From a virus (taxonomy: Duplodnaviria; Caudoviricetes), in IMG/VR virus record IMGVR_UViG_3300025137_005045: DNA of 64,000 bases; one strand, 5' to 3'. A program made the position numbers and the translations under genes. Below, in pieces: positions 18,683 to 29,287 of the stretch. The number at the start of each line of letters is the position of its first letter. The first letter of the stretch is position 1. A model generated the notes under the pieces. That model did not search any database, was not told where the DNA came from, and saw only the letters and a program-made list of their open reading frames with translations.

Positions 18683-18683
18683 T

Positions 18684-19151
18684 TTACTTATCTGCGTCGG
18701 TAGGTTTAATTGAAGACTTTCCAAACCACTTAACAGCATTATAACATGCCCATTTCTTCCAAGCTGGTATTGCTGGTTCAGCATCATTCATTGCATCTCT
18801 AAAGACTCTGTCTGATGTTTTCTTAGCTTCAAATGCAGTAGCATCATCACCGTTATGATAGCGGAATTTTCTAATTTTAGCATAAAGAACATCATGTATA
18901 ACAGCGGCTCTGGCACAATCAAAAGGTGCTATAAAAAACCATGCAACTCTCGGTACTGATGCCATATCTGTTTTTAATCCTGCTGGTGCAGTAATCTTAC
19001 AACTACGACCATCAATTGGTGCCTTTACTGCTTTAAGTGTTCCAACTTCATGATCAGTTAGATGATCATCTTCATACACTAGCTTGGTATTCAATACCCA
19101 TTGTCTTGGTGGATGGTATTTTGCGTCCATTAATCCGTTGAACTTACTCAT
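18684..19151 (-). CDS. DUF1353-family protein
   Basis: ITAPAGLKTDMASVPR, AAVIHDVLY, SDRVFRDAM. Confidence 0.85.
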   Translation of the reverse strand: MSKFNGLMDAKYHPPRQWVLNTKLVYEDDHLTDHEVGTLKAVKAPIDGRSCKITAPAGLKTDMASVPRVAWFFIAPFDCARAAVIHDVLYAKIRKFRYHNGDDATAFEAKKTSDRVFRDAMNDAEPAIPAWKKWACYNAVKWFGKSSIKPTDADK

Positions 19152-19181
19152 TTTATTGCTCCTATTTTTTATGTTTGTTTA

Positions 19182-19463
19182 TTAGTCCCGTCTCGCATCA
19201 TTCTTACCATCTGCACGAGCAATACGATCCAAGTCAGGTTTGACTCCTAATACAGATGACATTAACATGTCGATACGTATAACATCATGATTCATTGTTT
19301 TAACACGATTGTCGAGAGCTTTAATAATACCAGTAAGCCCTTTGATAGAACCCATGACACCACCTAATATAAATTTCATTGTAAGAAATACAAAATAGCC
19401 GCCGACCAAAGCGGCCATTATTGGAAAGCCAACTTCGGCTACTAGTTTAAAAATTTCGTCCAA
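19182..19463 (-). CDS. Small membrane protein (TM plus coiled coil)
   Basis: GFPIMAALVGGYFV; TTG start. Confidence 0.7.
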   Translation of the reverse strand: MDEIFKLVAEVGFPIMAALVGGYFVFLTMKFILGGVMGSIKGLTGIIKALDNRVKTMNHDVIRIDMLMSSVLGVKPDLDRIARADGKNDARRD

Positions 19464-19565
19464 TTCAGAACCCCCGTTCAGTGGTCTTGTTTATTATATG
19501 CGTATTTAACCAATACATTCAGCTACTTAATATACGTATTTAATTATTAACAAAATTTGAAAAGT

Positions 19566-20753
19566 TTAGGAAGTAAGAAGTTTTCTAGTAGTAGAATAAT
19601 CTATTTCTGAATCATCATATTCAATATCCTTAAATAATTTTTTAGTATTATCTAACAATTCGTCTGTAATGATTTCTTTAAACTTGCCATAGAAGTGATG
19701 GAAGTTATGCTCAATGATAGGTTTACATTTACGTTGTACCTCAATTTTCTCAGATTCTGATAGGTCACAATACCATTTGATTTGAGATACCACTGCGTTA
19801 ATTCGATCGTCATTATTCTTAATAGAGTCATAACTCTCGTCTATGATGCCTGTAAATGTTTTAAAACCATACGAACGTAAGTACTCCAAGTTGCCCGGGG
19901 CGGCTAGTAACATAAAAGGCTGTTTACTTACAATAGGTTTAAATATTTTTTCTGTCAGATGTAGCTTGTCGTAATAGAATATAGTTTCTGTAACTATATG
20001 CCAAAAGGCATCTACGTCAGCTATGTCTGCTGATGCTGAGCCAGGAATCTGATCATTATCTATAATCAATTTATATTCATTTACAGGATTATCTGATGGA
20101 TTGGTACTTACTCCGTAACTTACAGCACCTTGATCTAATAAATTCTTTTTTCTAAGTTGTTCAACGAATGTTTGACGATAAGCCCTATCGCCGGTAACTA
20201 TTCTATTAAAACTTACAAAATTATATTTGTAGTCTTTAACTATATCTTTAGTATAATTTAGTGCATGAAATCCTCGAAACCAATCCAATGCCGCAAAGCC
20301 GTGAAAGAAATAGTATAATCCTTTCATGTTGTATTTTTCTAAATATGAATTAATCGTTTGAGATTTTTCACTGGTAGCAATTATGTTGGGTTCTTTATAT
20401 AATCTATTAGGGTCGGCTAAATTTAATAGATGAATTTCGGGATCAGGTGCATTGTGCCATAGGCCTAACTCTTTATTATGTAATTGTATTTGTAGTAGTT
20501 CTTCCACACTATGCCCAGTTGGAAATCGAAAAATATTAATATAGTTATCACTGATATTTTCTAAGAGAGGTTCTTGATCATAGAATAAAATTTTAAATTT
20601 ATTATCATAAGAATTCTCTATCTCGGTAAGGCAGTCCAAACTAAGCTCGCTGACTGGTCCTTCTATGGCAACTCCGTCAGGCAAATGCACACAGTCAAAA
20701 TCCTTAAAGATTCCCTGATAAAAGAATTTGTATATATGTTCAATTTGGAGCAT
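19566..20753 (-). CDS. Hypothetical protein, possibly glycosyltransferase-like
   Basis: Long ORF; C-terminal TEKIFKP..KQPF..YL..YGFKTF. Confidence 0.55.
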   Translation of the reverse strand: MLQIEHIYKFFYQGIFKDFDCVHLPDGVAIEGPVSELSLDCLTEIENSYDNKFKILFYDQEPLLENISDNYINIFRFPTGHSVEELLQIQLHNKELGLWHNAPDPEIHLLNLADPNRLYKEPNIIATSEKSQTINSYLEKYNMKGLYYFFHGFAALDWFRGFHALNYTKDIVKDYKYNFVSFNRIVTGDRAYRQTFVEQLRKKNLLDQGAVSYGVSTNPSDNPVNEYKLIIDNDQIPGSASADIADVDAFWHIVTETIFYYDKLHLTEKIFKPIVSKQPFMLLAAPGNLEYLRSYGFKTFTGIIDESYDSIKNNDDRINAVVSQIKWYCDLSESEKIEVQRKCKPIIEHNFHHFYGKFKEIITDELLDNTKKLFKDIEYDDSEIDYSTTRKLLTS

Positions 20754-20842
20754 AATGATATTTACTTAAATTAATTTAGACCGTATAATAAAACAATGAT
20801 AAGTACAAGATAATTATAGTAGTATATTAAAGGATATCACAT

Positions 20843-22075
20843 ATGAACATTGGATTCATTGGGCTAGGCAAACTAGGACTAGATTGTGCAGAAGTAATGG
20901 CAGAAAAGCATAATGTGAGAGGATACGACGTAGAACCTAGAACTAGCCATTCAGTTGCAGTAACAACTCCTGAGAATACAATTAATCAATCAGATTGGTT
21001 GTTTATTGCAGTACCCACTCCACATCAAGAAGGATATGATGGGTCAGTACCATCAAGTCATATGGAACCTAAGGACTTTGGTCATGAATATGTATATGAT
21101 GCCATTGACAACATCAACAGATACGCTAAAGAAAGCAAAAAAGTTGTGCTAATATCAACAGTATTACCTGGAACAACACGCAAACATTTTATTACCAGAT
21201 TAGATAGCAAGCATCAGTTTTTATACAACCCTTATTTGATTGCTATGGGTTCAGTTAAGTGGGATATGGTGAATCCAGAGATGGTTATGATTGGCACTGA
21301 GGATGGCAATCCTAACGCACTAGCAAAAGAACTAATTGATATATACCAGACAATAATGGAAAACGATCCACGTTACGAAATAGGCACGTGGGATGAATGT
21401 GAAGCAATTAAAATATTTTATAACACCTTTATTTCAGCCAAGGTTGGCTTGGCTAACATGGTACAGGACTTTGCTATGAAGATAGGGCATATTGACGTAG
21501 ACGTTGTTACAAATGCTCTGGCTAAGTCAGACATGCGTATTATGGGACCTAAATATATGACAGCAGGTATGGGAGATGCTGGTGCTTGCCACCCGAGAGA
21601 TAATATTGCACTTAGATGGCTAGCACAGGAGTATGAAGTTGGCTATGACATGTTTGACACTATCATGAGTGCTAGAGAAGTACAAGCTAAAAACTTAGCC
21701 AAATATCTGGTAGATGCGGCCAAACAAAATTTGATTGACGGTCCTATCGTTATACATGGTAAAGCATATAAGCCAGATGTGGAATACTGTATTGGATCCT
21801 ATTCAACTCTGGTAGGATTTTATGTTAAAGAACTTGGATCTGAGGTTGTTTACATTGATCCGTTAGCAGATGACAAAACCGAATGTGTTGATAATGCTGA
21901 GCGTGCTGTTGTATTGATGGCCCACAACAGACAGATCACATATGGTTATACCGGCGAGCAAGAAAAACAAAACTTTTACTTTGATATTAAACCTGGATCA
22001 ATAGTTGTTGATCCTTGGAGACAACTTGAATCTACCGACGCTTACGAAGTTTTACACTACGGAAACACACGATAA
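20843..22075 (+). CDS. ugd: UDP-glucose/GDP-mannose dehydrogenase-family protein
   Basis: GFIGLGKLG, YNPYLIAMG, KIFYNTFISAKV, GDAGACHPRD. Confidence 0.9.
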   Translation: MNIGFIGLGKLGLDCAEVMAEKHNVRGYDVEPRTSHSVAVTTPENTINQSDWLFIAVPTPHQEGYDGSVPSSHMEPKDFGHEYVYDAIDNINRYAKESKKVVLISTVLPGTTRKHFITRLDSKHQFLYNPYLIAMGSVKWDMVNPEMVMIGTEDGNPNALAKELIDIYQTIMENDPRYEIGTWDECEAIKIFYNTFISAKVGLANMVQDFAMKIGHIDVDVVTNALAKSDMRIMGPKYMTAGMGDAGACHPRDNIALRWLAQEYEVGYDMFDTIMSAREVQAKNLAKYLVDAAKQNLIDGPIVIHGKAYKPDVEYCIGSYSTLVGFYVKELGSEVVYIDPLADDKTECVDNAERAVVLMAHNRQITYGYTGEQEKQNFYFDIKPGSIVVDPWRQLESTDAYEVLHYGNTR

Positions 22076-22574
22076 CTGGGCATCTGGTTATACTGATCCG
22101 TTATGGGCGTTAAGCCATAGAGATCTTAAGTATACCAATTATCCGTTTAACGATCAAGATACCCTAGCACAATGGCAAGAACATGGACTTGATTTTAATA
22201 ACTATACAGGTGATCTAATTAATCATAATAAATGTCCTGACTGGGCAAGAGGTCTAGCCAATGGAATAGGATTAGATAATATTGGTGTTAGTTTATATAA
22301 GATGGCTCCTGGTCGTGTTCTTCCAGGGCACATAGACACTTATCGAGCTTACAAAAAAATACTTGATATTGATCACGATCGTATATTTCGTATTTTGGTC
22401 TTCCTAGAAGATTGGGCTAGTGGACATATACTAGAAGTTGACAAGCAATTGGTACCAAATTGGCAAGCAGGAGATTGGATAGGATGGAGAGGTGACACAC
22501 ATCACCTAGCGGGTAATTTAGGAACAACAGATAGATACACACTACAGATAACAGGAACATATGAGCCAGAATAA
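22005..22574 (+). CDS. 2OG-Fe(II)/cupin-type oxygenase-like protein
   Basis: PGHIDTY (HxD) and distal HHLAGN; start uncertain. Confidence 0.55.
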   Translation: MLILGDNLNLPTLTKFYTTETHDNWASGYTDPLWALSHRDLKYTNYPFNDQDTLAQWQEHGLDFNNYTGDLINHNKCPDWARGLANGIGLDNIGVSLYKMAPGRVLPGHIDTYRAYKKILDIDHDRIFRILVFLEDWASGHILEVDKQLVPNWQAGDWIGWRGDTHHLAGNLGTTDRYTLQITGTYEPE

Positions 22575-22743
22575 AATTAGTCAAGACCTAAGTACACAAC
22601 GTATTGCAATAAGCACTGACGGTATTGAAATAGATAGTAGTCAAGGTAATCTTGTATCTGAAGCATTATTACTTGGTACTATTGTTATTGTGGTAGCTAT
22701 TTTATATGTAGGAAAGAAATGGATAGATAGGAAGTTTAAATAA
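22561..22743 (+). CDS. Small membrane protein
   Basis: Single C-terminal TM; coupled starts and stops. Confidence 0.55.
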   Translation: MSQNKISQDLSTQRIAISTDGIEIDSSQGNLVSEALLLGTIVIVVAILYVGKKWIDRKFK

Positions 22744-22745
22744 CA

Positions 22746-23669
22746 GTGAAAATACAATCATCAGATGAATACTCACAGTTACAATCAGTCATTGTAGGAA
22801 CTGCTGAAAATGCTAACTGGCCGACCCAAGACAAAGCGTTCCGTGATATGGAACGTTCTACTCGTTGGAAAAATACTCCAGTACCAAGCGGACCTGTTCC
22901 TCAATTTATAATTGATCAAGCTGAAAAAGAGCTGAATGAAATGTGTAACATGTTAATACAACATAACGTTGATGTTCACAGACCCAATTGGTTTGATTAT
23001 CAGAGGCAAGATAGCATGTACGGTTACTGTCCGAGAGATAGACTGTTAGTAATTGATGATAAGATAGTTAATTGCAACATGCGTTTTCCTGTTAGACAGC
23101 ACGAAATAGACACATACGATTTCTTACCACACGAAAACATTATTACAGTAGATAAACCAGAGGCAGTATTTGATGCGGCTAACGTATTACGACTAGGTGA
23201 TGATTTATTATATCTGGTAAGTGATTCAGGAAATCTTAAAGGCAGTGAATGGTTACAAGCAACATTCCCTAACAAGCGTGTGCATGTATTAGATAATATA
23301 TACCAAGGTGTACATATTGATTCAACTATTACTGCGTTAAACGATCATACTGTGGTGTTAAACGGTGGACGCATAAATGAAACTAACTTGCCCGAATTAT
23401 TTAAAGACTGGGACTGCATATATTTTAATTCGCAAGATGTTAAACCTGCAGGGTTCTACAAGTATCCTTACGCATCAAAATGGATGGCACTAAATATGTT
23501 TTCGATTGATCCAACAACAGTTATGGTAGATAGAGATCAGGACACAATAATTAATGAACTAGAAAAGAAAAACTTTACAGTGATTCCGTTAAAACTGAGT
23601 CATGCAAGAACACTAGGCGGTGGGTTCCACTGCTGTACATTAGATTTATGGAGAAGCAACGATGCTTGA
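22746..23669 (+). CDS. Amidinotransferase-family protein
   Basis: EYSQLQSVIVG, CPRD, HIDST, GGGFHCCTLD. Confidence 0.9.
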   Translation: MKIQSSDEYSQLQSVIVGTAENANWPTQDKAFRDMERSTRWKNTPVPSGPVPQFIIDQAEKELNEMCNMLIQHNVDVHRPNWFDYQRQDSMYGYCPRDRLLVIDDKIVNCNMRFPVRQHEIDTYDFLPHENIITVDKPEAVFDAANVLRLGDDLLYLVSDSGNLKGSEWLQATFPNKRVHVLDNIYQGVHIDSTITALNDHTVVLNGGRINETNLPELFKDWDCIYFNSQDVKPAGFYKYPYASKWMALNMFSIDPTTVMVDRDQDTIINELEKKNFTVIPLKLSHARTLGGGFHCCTLDLWRSNDA

Positions 23670-24918
23670 TCAAAAAGCAATAACAGAAGTAATAGAAGAG
23701 CAGATACATATCAAGGTTCAAGAAGAAATGGAACTGCTACTTAAAGATAATTCATGGAGCACAGTTGTTGAAGAACATCTAAAACGTTTTGCACAAGATA
23801 GAGTAGCCGCAAAATTTGCTAGTGCAGAGTATCTACCTACAATATTAAAAACCATTGATGAGTCAGTTAAGAGATTGTTCGATGATGGAAAAATAGACGA
23901 CTTTATTGGACTGGTCGACGAACACAAGTTAAATCAATTAGTTGATGATAAAGTATCGCCGATTATCGACGAATATATTGAAAAACAGTTTGGGGATCCA
24001 GACTGGCTGACTAAAATACAATCAATTAGTAATCACTCAGCGATGGTCCGTGCAGAAAAAGAACTAGCTAAGTTAGATATTGACAGTAAGATAAGTCAAA
24101 TGATAGATGTAAAACTTGATAATAAAATTAAAAGTATTGAAGATAAAGCAACTAGTCCGCAGTTAACTATATTAGATGATATTGTTGTTAACGAACACGA
24201 ATTTGTAACTGATAGCATCACCGTGATTTCAGATGCTACTATTAATAAAAGTCTTACTGTCAATGACTTAATTATTCGAGGTCGAGTCAACACAGACAAC
24301 TCTAGTTGGTCGGAGTTGAGTAACAAGATCAAAGAAGAAACTGTTGATAGCGTAAGAGATGATCTGACAGACATTATCACAAACAGTGTACTAACCACTG
24401 TTCAAAAGAAAGGTATTCAACTTAAAGATATTAAAATAGGTAAAGAAAAGTTGATCGACGATGGCATGTTATCTAGTGCAATTACTAAAAGTAGTTTAGA
24501 ACGAGTAGGATTACTACAAGGATTAACAGTGATTGGATCTACATCATTAAATGAAACTGTGACAGTTAGTCGAGGCAAATTAGGAATTAATACAGACACT
24601 CCTTCTTCTGCACTAGACATATGGGATGGAGAGGTACAAATTACATTAGGTAAAAAACAAAAAGATACCGGATATATCGGCTTGAATCGAAAAGGAACCT
24701 TAGAGATCGGAACAGATAACAATGCTATTACGATTGATCCAGAAGGTAAAACCAAAATCAATAAGTTAATGATTGGACGTAATAACATTAGTTGGAGTAG
24801 CGAACTACCAGGGTTTTCTGGACAAAAAGGTGATATTGTATTTAATATGGATCCAGATACAAACAATGAGATAGGCTGGCAGTGCCTAGGACAATTCCTT
24901 TGGAGGAAAATTAGTTAA
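23662..24918 (+). CDS. Putative virion structural protein
   Basis: Helical N-terminus; fibre-like C-terminus GDIVFN..GWQC. Confidence 0.5.
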   Translation: MLDQKAITEVIEEQIHIKVQEEMELLLKDNSWSTVVEEHLKRFAQDRVAAKFASAEYLPTILKTIDESVKRLFDDGKIDDFIGLVDEHKLNQLVDDKVSPIIDEYIEKQFGDPDWLTKIQSISNHSAMVRAEKELAKLDIDSKISQMIDVKLDNKIKSIEDKATSPQLTILDDIVVNEHEFVTDSITVISDATINKSLTVNDLIIRGRVNTDNSSWSELSNKIKEETVDSVRDDLTDIITNSVLTTVQKKGIQLKDIKIGKEKLIDDGMLSSAITKSSLERVGLLQGLTVIGSTSLNETVTVSRGKLGINTDTPSSALDIWDGEVQITLGKKQKDTGYIGLNRKGTLEIGTDNNAITIDPEGKTKINKLMIGRNNISWSSELPGFSGQKGDIVFNMDPDTNNEIGWQCLGQFLWRKIS

Positions 24919-25478
24919 TGGAATATTGTTGGCTAGCTCAAAAAGACTATGATCCTGATACCACTATTGGTACAGATAAAATGAAAGATGTTGCTAGCAT
25001 ATGGGGTAGCTGGAAAAGTCATAGACAGTGTCAAACTGATAATTGTGTAGTTGATGATTTTAAAGATGCAAACAGTTTAATTAAAAGAAATTTTAACTTT
25101 GAAACTAACCTATGGACACATGAAGAAAACTTTGTTAACTTAGGTCGACCTGACGCACTAAGTCTACACAAAATAGGAATTGATAACGATTTACAGGACC
25201 GTGATGATCTTGTAGCAATGGCACTGGCAGGAGCCCGTTACGATCTGGTGATAGCAGTAGGATTTGATCTCAGTTACAATACCAAATTAACAGATAAATT
25301 AGAAATAAACAATCACAAACGTTATCTCTCAGCAGTAGCAAATATAATCAAAGGCTTCTCAACAACTCAGTTTGTTTTCATAGACTTACCTTTAGAAGCA
25401 ACCCAAAACTTTTCTAAATTAGAAAATTTCACTTGCGATAATATACAAAATGTGTTAACATTAGTATCTGAACTTTAA
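24918..25478 (+). CDS. Hypothetical protein
   Basis: ORF track; overlapping stop and start. Confidence 0.7.
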   Translation: MEYCWLAQKDYDPDTTIGTDKMKDVASIWGSWKSHRQCQTDNCVVDDFKDANSLIKRNFNFETNLWTHEENFVNLGRPDALSLHKIGIDNDLQDRDDLVAMALAGARYDLVIAVGFDLSYNTKLTDKLEINNHKRYLSAVANIIKGFSTTQFVFIDLPLEATQNFSKLENFTCDNIQNVLTLVSEL

Positions 25479-25495
25479 TAACAAAAGGATACATT

Positions 25496-25603
25496 GTGAT
25501 TACTACAAAAGATTTCATACGTGGATTTGGAGTGAGTGTCTTACTTTTAATTTTATATGTGGTAGGATGGTTTATTAATAATCCTTGGTTACTTGGATTT
25601 TAA
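25496..25603 (+). CDS. Single-TM peptide (35 aa, GTG start), not in ORF track
   Basis: SD AAAGGA; hydrophobic core. Confidence 0.45.
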   Translation: MITTKDFIRGFGVSVLLLILYVVGWFINNPWLLGF

Positions 25604-25620
25604 TGATAGGTTGTTTTTGA

Positions 25621-26085
25621 ATGGAAAAACAATTAATAGAATGGATGAAAGAGTTTGTAGAACAACCTAACCCTAAATTAGGTAATTGGGCTCCTTGCCC
25701 TTATGCTCGTGCGGCACGCATAAACAATCAAATTGAAATTCGTCAAGGTACTAATCCTCTCATTGATGTTGAGAGTATAAACTGGAAACGTGAAGTGTAT
25801 GTATTTTGGTATCCAACAGAACAGTATACAGGCCTAGAGTTTGAGCAGATAGCACGAGATCTAAATGATGCTTATATGCCAAACGACATTGTGGTACTAG
25901 AAGATCATCCAGAGTTAGTTGAAACAGTGAATGGTGTCCACATGAACTTTGGACAATCAGCGTTGCTGATAGTACAAAGATTGAAAGAATTGAACTCAGC
26001 CGCTGACAAATTACGTAGCAAAGGATATTATGATCATTGGAACCAGTCAGAATTAGATCAAGTAGTGACCTGGCGTAATAGGTAA
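25621..26085 (+). CDS. DUF1415-like hypothetical protein
   Basis: WAPCPYA and LEDHP motifs. Confidence 0.5.
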   Translation: MEKQLIEWMKEFVEQPNPKLGNWAPCPYARAARINNQIEIRQGTNPLIDVESINWKREVYVFWYPTEQYTGLEFEQIARDLNDAYMPNDIVVLEDHPELVETVNGVHMNFGQSALLIVQRLKELNSAADKLRSKGYYDHWNQSELDQVVTWRNR

Positions 26086-26086
26086 G

Positions 26087-26539
26087 ATGATGTTATCACC
26101 AAACGACCAAAATCTATATTACGCCAGAATTGATCTAGCAAAAACTAATTACAAAACAATAAAAAATTTTAAAGTAATCAATAATCCTAACATTGACGAA
26201 CTACAATCAATCTTTAAAAAATATTGTGATCATAAAAAGTTCCTAAGCGTGGAACCTATGTGGGACAACGAATTTATATGGGAACACAATGACGTATTAG
26301 GTTATTATGATGACGCCAAACTGGTTGCGTGGAGTGTGGTTACCAAGTATAATGAAGATGTAGCATACGCAGTGCAGTTTGCTTGGGATTACGATAATCC
26401 CAAATTGTCACTGGGTATTAAAAGTTTACAAACAGAATGTGCTTACTATAAAAGTCAAGGTTACCGGTATTACTATCTAGGCGAAGCACACAAGTATAAA
26501 GAACAATTTGATGGATTTGAAATATTAGGAAAACTTTAA
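26087..26539 (+). CDS. GNAT-fold protein resembling the Arg/Leu-tRNA-protein transferase (ATE/Bpt) C-terminal domain
   Basis: LVAWSV...FAWDY...LSLGIKSL..E...YK..GY.YYYLG. Confidence 0.6.
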   Translation: MMLSPNDQNLYYARIDLAKTNYKTIKNFKVINNPNIDELQSIFKKYCDHKKFLSVEPMWDNEFIWEHNDVLGYYDDAKLVAWSVVTKYNEDVAYAVQFAWDYDNPKLSLGIKSLQTECAYYKSQGYRYYYLGEAHKYKEQFDGFEILGKL

Positions 26540-26871
26540 TGGACATATATAATATTTGGGCAGATAAGAAAGGTGACATAGACGATCAACAATGGATTAC
26601 TAATATGAATGCTTTTTTACAGCAGTTAGTAGATGAAGGTAAGATGGAAAAGTTTCGTGTTATGCGTATGAAATTAGGGTTTAGGAGCATGGATATACCA
26701 GAGTGGCATATCATGATGGAATTTAAAGATATGAACCAACTTGACGCCGCCCACAATAGAGTAGCACCACTCAAAGGTGAACTAGAAGATAAACATAAGA
26801 GCTTTAATCAATTTGTGGATGTAGAAACAATACAACACGCTTTATACAGAGATTACCCAGATGACATATAG
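26539..26871 (+). CDS. DUF6614-like small protein
   Basis: YNIWAD..MKLGFRSMDIPEWHIMMEF. Confidence 0.5.
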   Translation: MDIYNIWADKKGDIDDQQWITNMNAFLQQLVDEGKMEKFRVMRMKLGFRSMDIPEWHIMMEFKDMNQLDAAHNRVAPLKGELEDKHKSFNQFVDVETIQHALYRDYPDDI

Positions 26872-28000
26872 CGTACACCAACACTGGGATCCACTTAAAG
26901 TATGTGCAGTAGGTATATCATATCCACCAGAGTTCTATTCGTTTATTAAAAACGCTAAAGCACGTGGTGTTATGGAACGGATTGCCCAAGAAACTGAAGA
27001 AGACTATCAAAGTTTAATTAAGATATTACATAGGTTTGGTGTTGAGACTGTAAGGCCACGTCTTAGTAATGATCTAAGTCAATATTTTAGAGTGAACGGA
27101 TCTCCTATGCCGCCGAGCTTTATGACACCTAGAGATTATACGGCAATGATAGGTGACACATTTTATATGCCGGGTCAGAAGCTTACCGCTGAGAAATCCT
27201 GGAATAATGTTAAAGGACCAGACTGGCCGGTTGACTATCCAGGGTGGGATAATTTAGAATCCTGGATACAACAAGAGTTGCTAGAAGTACATGGTGTAGG
27301 AAAGAATGATATTAATTTTGACTATTTCGTACCTATTTCAGAGTTATTACAGCAACAAGGGAATAAGATCATTGAAACTTCTGGAGTGATCAATTCAGCA
27401 GTGATTACTCGTATTGGTCGAGATCTATATCACGGAACTAATGACTACAATCAAGATCAGGATCAATTATTACAAGATCGAACAGAGATATTCCCTAACT
27501 ATCGCAATCATGTTGTTAACTCAGGTGGACATAGCGACGCGACATTCTGCCCCGTTAAACCTGGATTAATTGTTAGTTTACAAGATATACCAACATACCA
27601 GGAAACATTCCCAGACTGGGAGGTAGTATATCTCCCAGGGCAAAGTTGGACTCGTGTTAAACCTTTCTTAGATCTTAAAGAAAAAAATAAAGGAAAATTT
27701 TGGGTTCCTGGAGAAGAATATAACGATGACTTTACAGACTATGTGAACGAGTGGTTAGGCAAGTGGGTGGGGTACGTTGAAGAAACGGTATTTGATGTTA
27801 ACATGTTGGTCATCGACGAACACAATGTCATAGTCAACAACGAAAACGATCAAGTGTTTGAAGCTTTTGAAAGACATGGTGTCACGCCTCATGTATGTAA
27901 TTTTAGACATAGATACTTCTGGGACGGTGGTATACACTGTATAACCAGTGACTTACATAGAGAAGGCACACAACAAAACTACTTTCCTAAAAGAGGTTGA
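26861..28000 (+). CDS. Second amidinotransferase-family protein
   Basis: HWDPLKVCAVG, TPRD, GHSDATF, DGGIHCITSD. Confidence 0.9.
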   Translation: MTYSVHQHWDPLKVCAVGISYPPEFYSFIKNAKARGVMERIAQETEEDYQSLIKILHRFGVETVRPRLSNDLSQYFRVNGSPMPPSFMTPRDYTAMIGDTFYMPGQKLTAEKSWNNVKGPDWPVDYPGWDNLESWIQQELLEVHGVGKNDINFDYFVPISELLQQQGNKIIETSGVINSAVITRIGRDLYHGTNDYNQDQDQLLQDRTEIFPNYRNHVVNSGGHSDATFCPVKPGLIVSLQDIPTYQETFPDWEVVYLPGQSWTRVKPFLDLKEKNKGKFWVPGEEYNDDFTDYVNEWLGKWVGYVEETVFDVNMLVIDEHNVIVNNENDQVFEAFERHGVTPHVCNFRHRYFWDGGIHCITSDLHREGTQQNYFPKRG

Positions 28001-28031
28001 CCTTTTAACCAAAATACCGTATAATACTTGC

Positions 28032-29063
28032 ATGACCAAAAAAATTGGATTTGCATGTAAGTGGATTGATCGTGAAGATCAAGTAGATGGCATTAAACCT
28101 AAAGATGATGCCAAGCAATACAATACACGTTCAACAACAGTGCGTTGGCTAAACAATCAAACTCGAGAAGTAGCAGAGCAAAGACTATGGGACCTTATGG
28201 TCCATAACATAGAGTCCACACGTAAACTAATAGAAAGAGTAGGAGGATTAGATGAGCATCTCAGAATGGTTCGGCTTTCAAGTGATATATTACCTGTTTA
28301 TACTCAGCATGAGTGGAGCTACTTTTGGCGCCGCAGTGATGTTATTGCTTACGCAGAGCGGGCGTTTGATCAAGTGGGTCAGTTGGCTCGTGGTCTTGGG
28401 GTCCGTTTGTCTTTTCATCCAGGGCAGTTTACAGTTTTGGCAAGTGCTAACCCAAGCATTGTCGAGCGTAGCATTGAAGAATTCGAATATCATAATGATA
28501 TGATCCGTTGGATGGGTTTTGGTAAAACATTCCAAGACTTCAAGTGTAACGTACATATATCAGGTAAGCAAGGTCCAGAGGGTATTATCAAAGCATTACC
28601 AAGACTATCACCTGAGGCACGCAACACACTTACAATAGAAAATGACGAAATATCCTGGGGATTAGATGCCAGTTTAGAACTAGTAGAACATTGTGCTTTG
28701 GTGTTAGACATACATCATCATTACATTAAGACAGGTGAATACATTGAACCCACAGATGATAGATACAAAAAGCTATTAGAGTCGTGGCGAGGTGTACGTC
28801 CTGTTATACACTATTCATACAGTAGAGACGAATGGTTGCCCGAGGGCTTTGACCATAGTGAACTACCTAACTTAAACTTATTACTTGAGAGTGGACACAA
28901 GAAACAGAAGTTGCGAGCTCACAGTGATTTTTACCCTAACCAACTAGCCAATGATTGGGCTTTACAATTCTTATCGCATTCAGATATTATGTGTGAAGCT
29001 AAAGGCAAGAACATAGCTAGTTTCCGTGTAGCCGATAGAGCAAAGGAGTTAAATTTATTATGA
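28032..29063 (+). CDS. uvsE: UV-damage endonuclease UvsE/UvdE
   Basis: RLSSD, SFHPGQF, TIENDE, LDIHHH, HYS, HSDF, CEAK; sigma70 promoter 27997-28025 supports start 28032. Confidence 0.92.
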   Translation: MTKKIGFACKWIDREDQVDGIKPKDDAKQYNTRSTTVRWLNNQTREVAEQRLWDLMVHNIESTRKLIERVGGLDEHLRMVRLSSDILPVYTQHEWSYFWRRSDVIAYAERAFDQVGQLARGLGVRLSFHPGQFTVLASANPSIVERSIEEFEYHNDMIRWMGFGKTFQDFKCNVHISGKQGPEGIIKALPRLSPEARNTLTIENDEISWGLDASLELVEHCALVLDIHHHYIKTGEYIEPTDDRYKKLLESWRGVRPVIHYSYSRDEWLPEGFDHSELPNLNLLLESGHKKQKLRAHSDFYPNQLANDWALQFLSHSDIMCEAKGKNIASFRVADRAKELNLL

Positions 29064-29287
29064 ACAAAGAAACTTTGTACTGGATAGTCTGTATAATATT
29101 AACAGGTTTATTTTTTAATCTAATAACAGGTTGTGCTAATACACAAATGGCACAACAAAATGCACAAGATGCTGAGTATCGAAAACAAACAGCTGAATAT
29201 GTAGAAAGTCAGAAAAAGCAAATAGGTACCAGAGTAAAAAACGCATCAGGCCCCTTAGAAGTACCAGCAGACTTATATGCTGATTAA
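29060..29287 (+). CDS. Small lipoprotein
   Basis: Lipobox ITGC. Confidence 0.65.
   Translation: MNKETLYWIVCIILTGLFFNLITGCANTQMAQQNAQDAEYRKQTAEYVESQKKQIGTRVKNASGPLEVPADLYAD

Noticed and set aside
24096-24866. Long antisense ORFs here and elsewhere (e.g. 851..1159, 2846..3151, 29796..30176, 52451..52810)
   Set aside because: Shadows of well-supported opposite-strand genes; no SD or recognisable motifs
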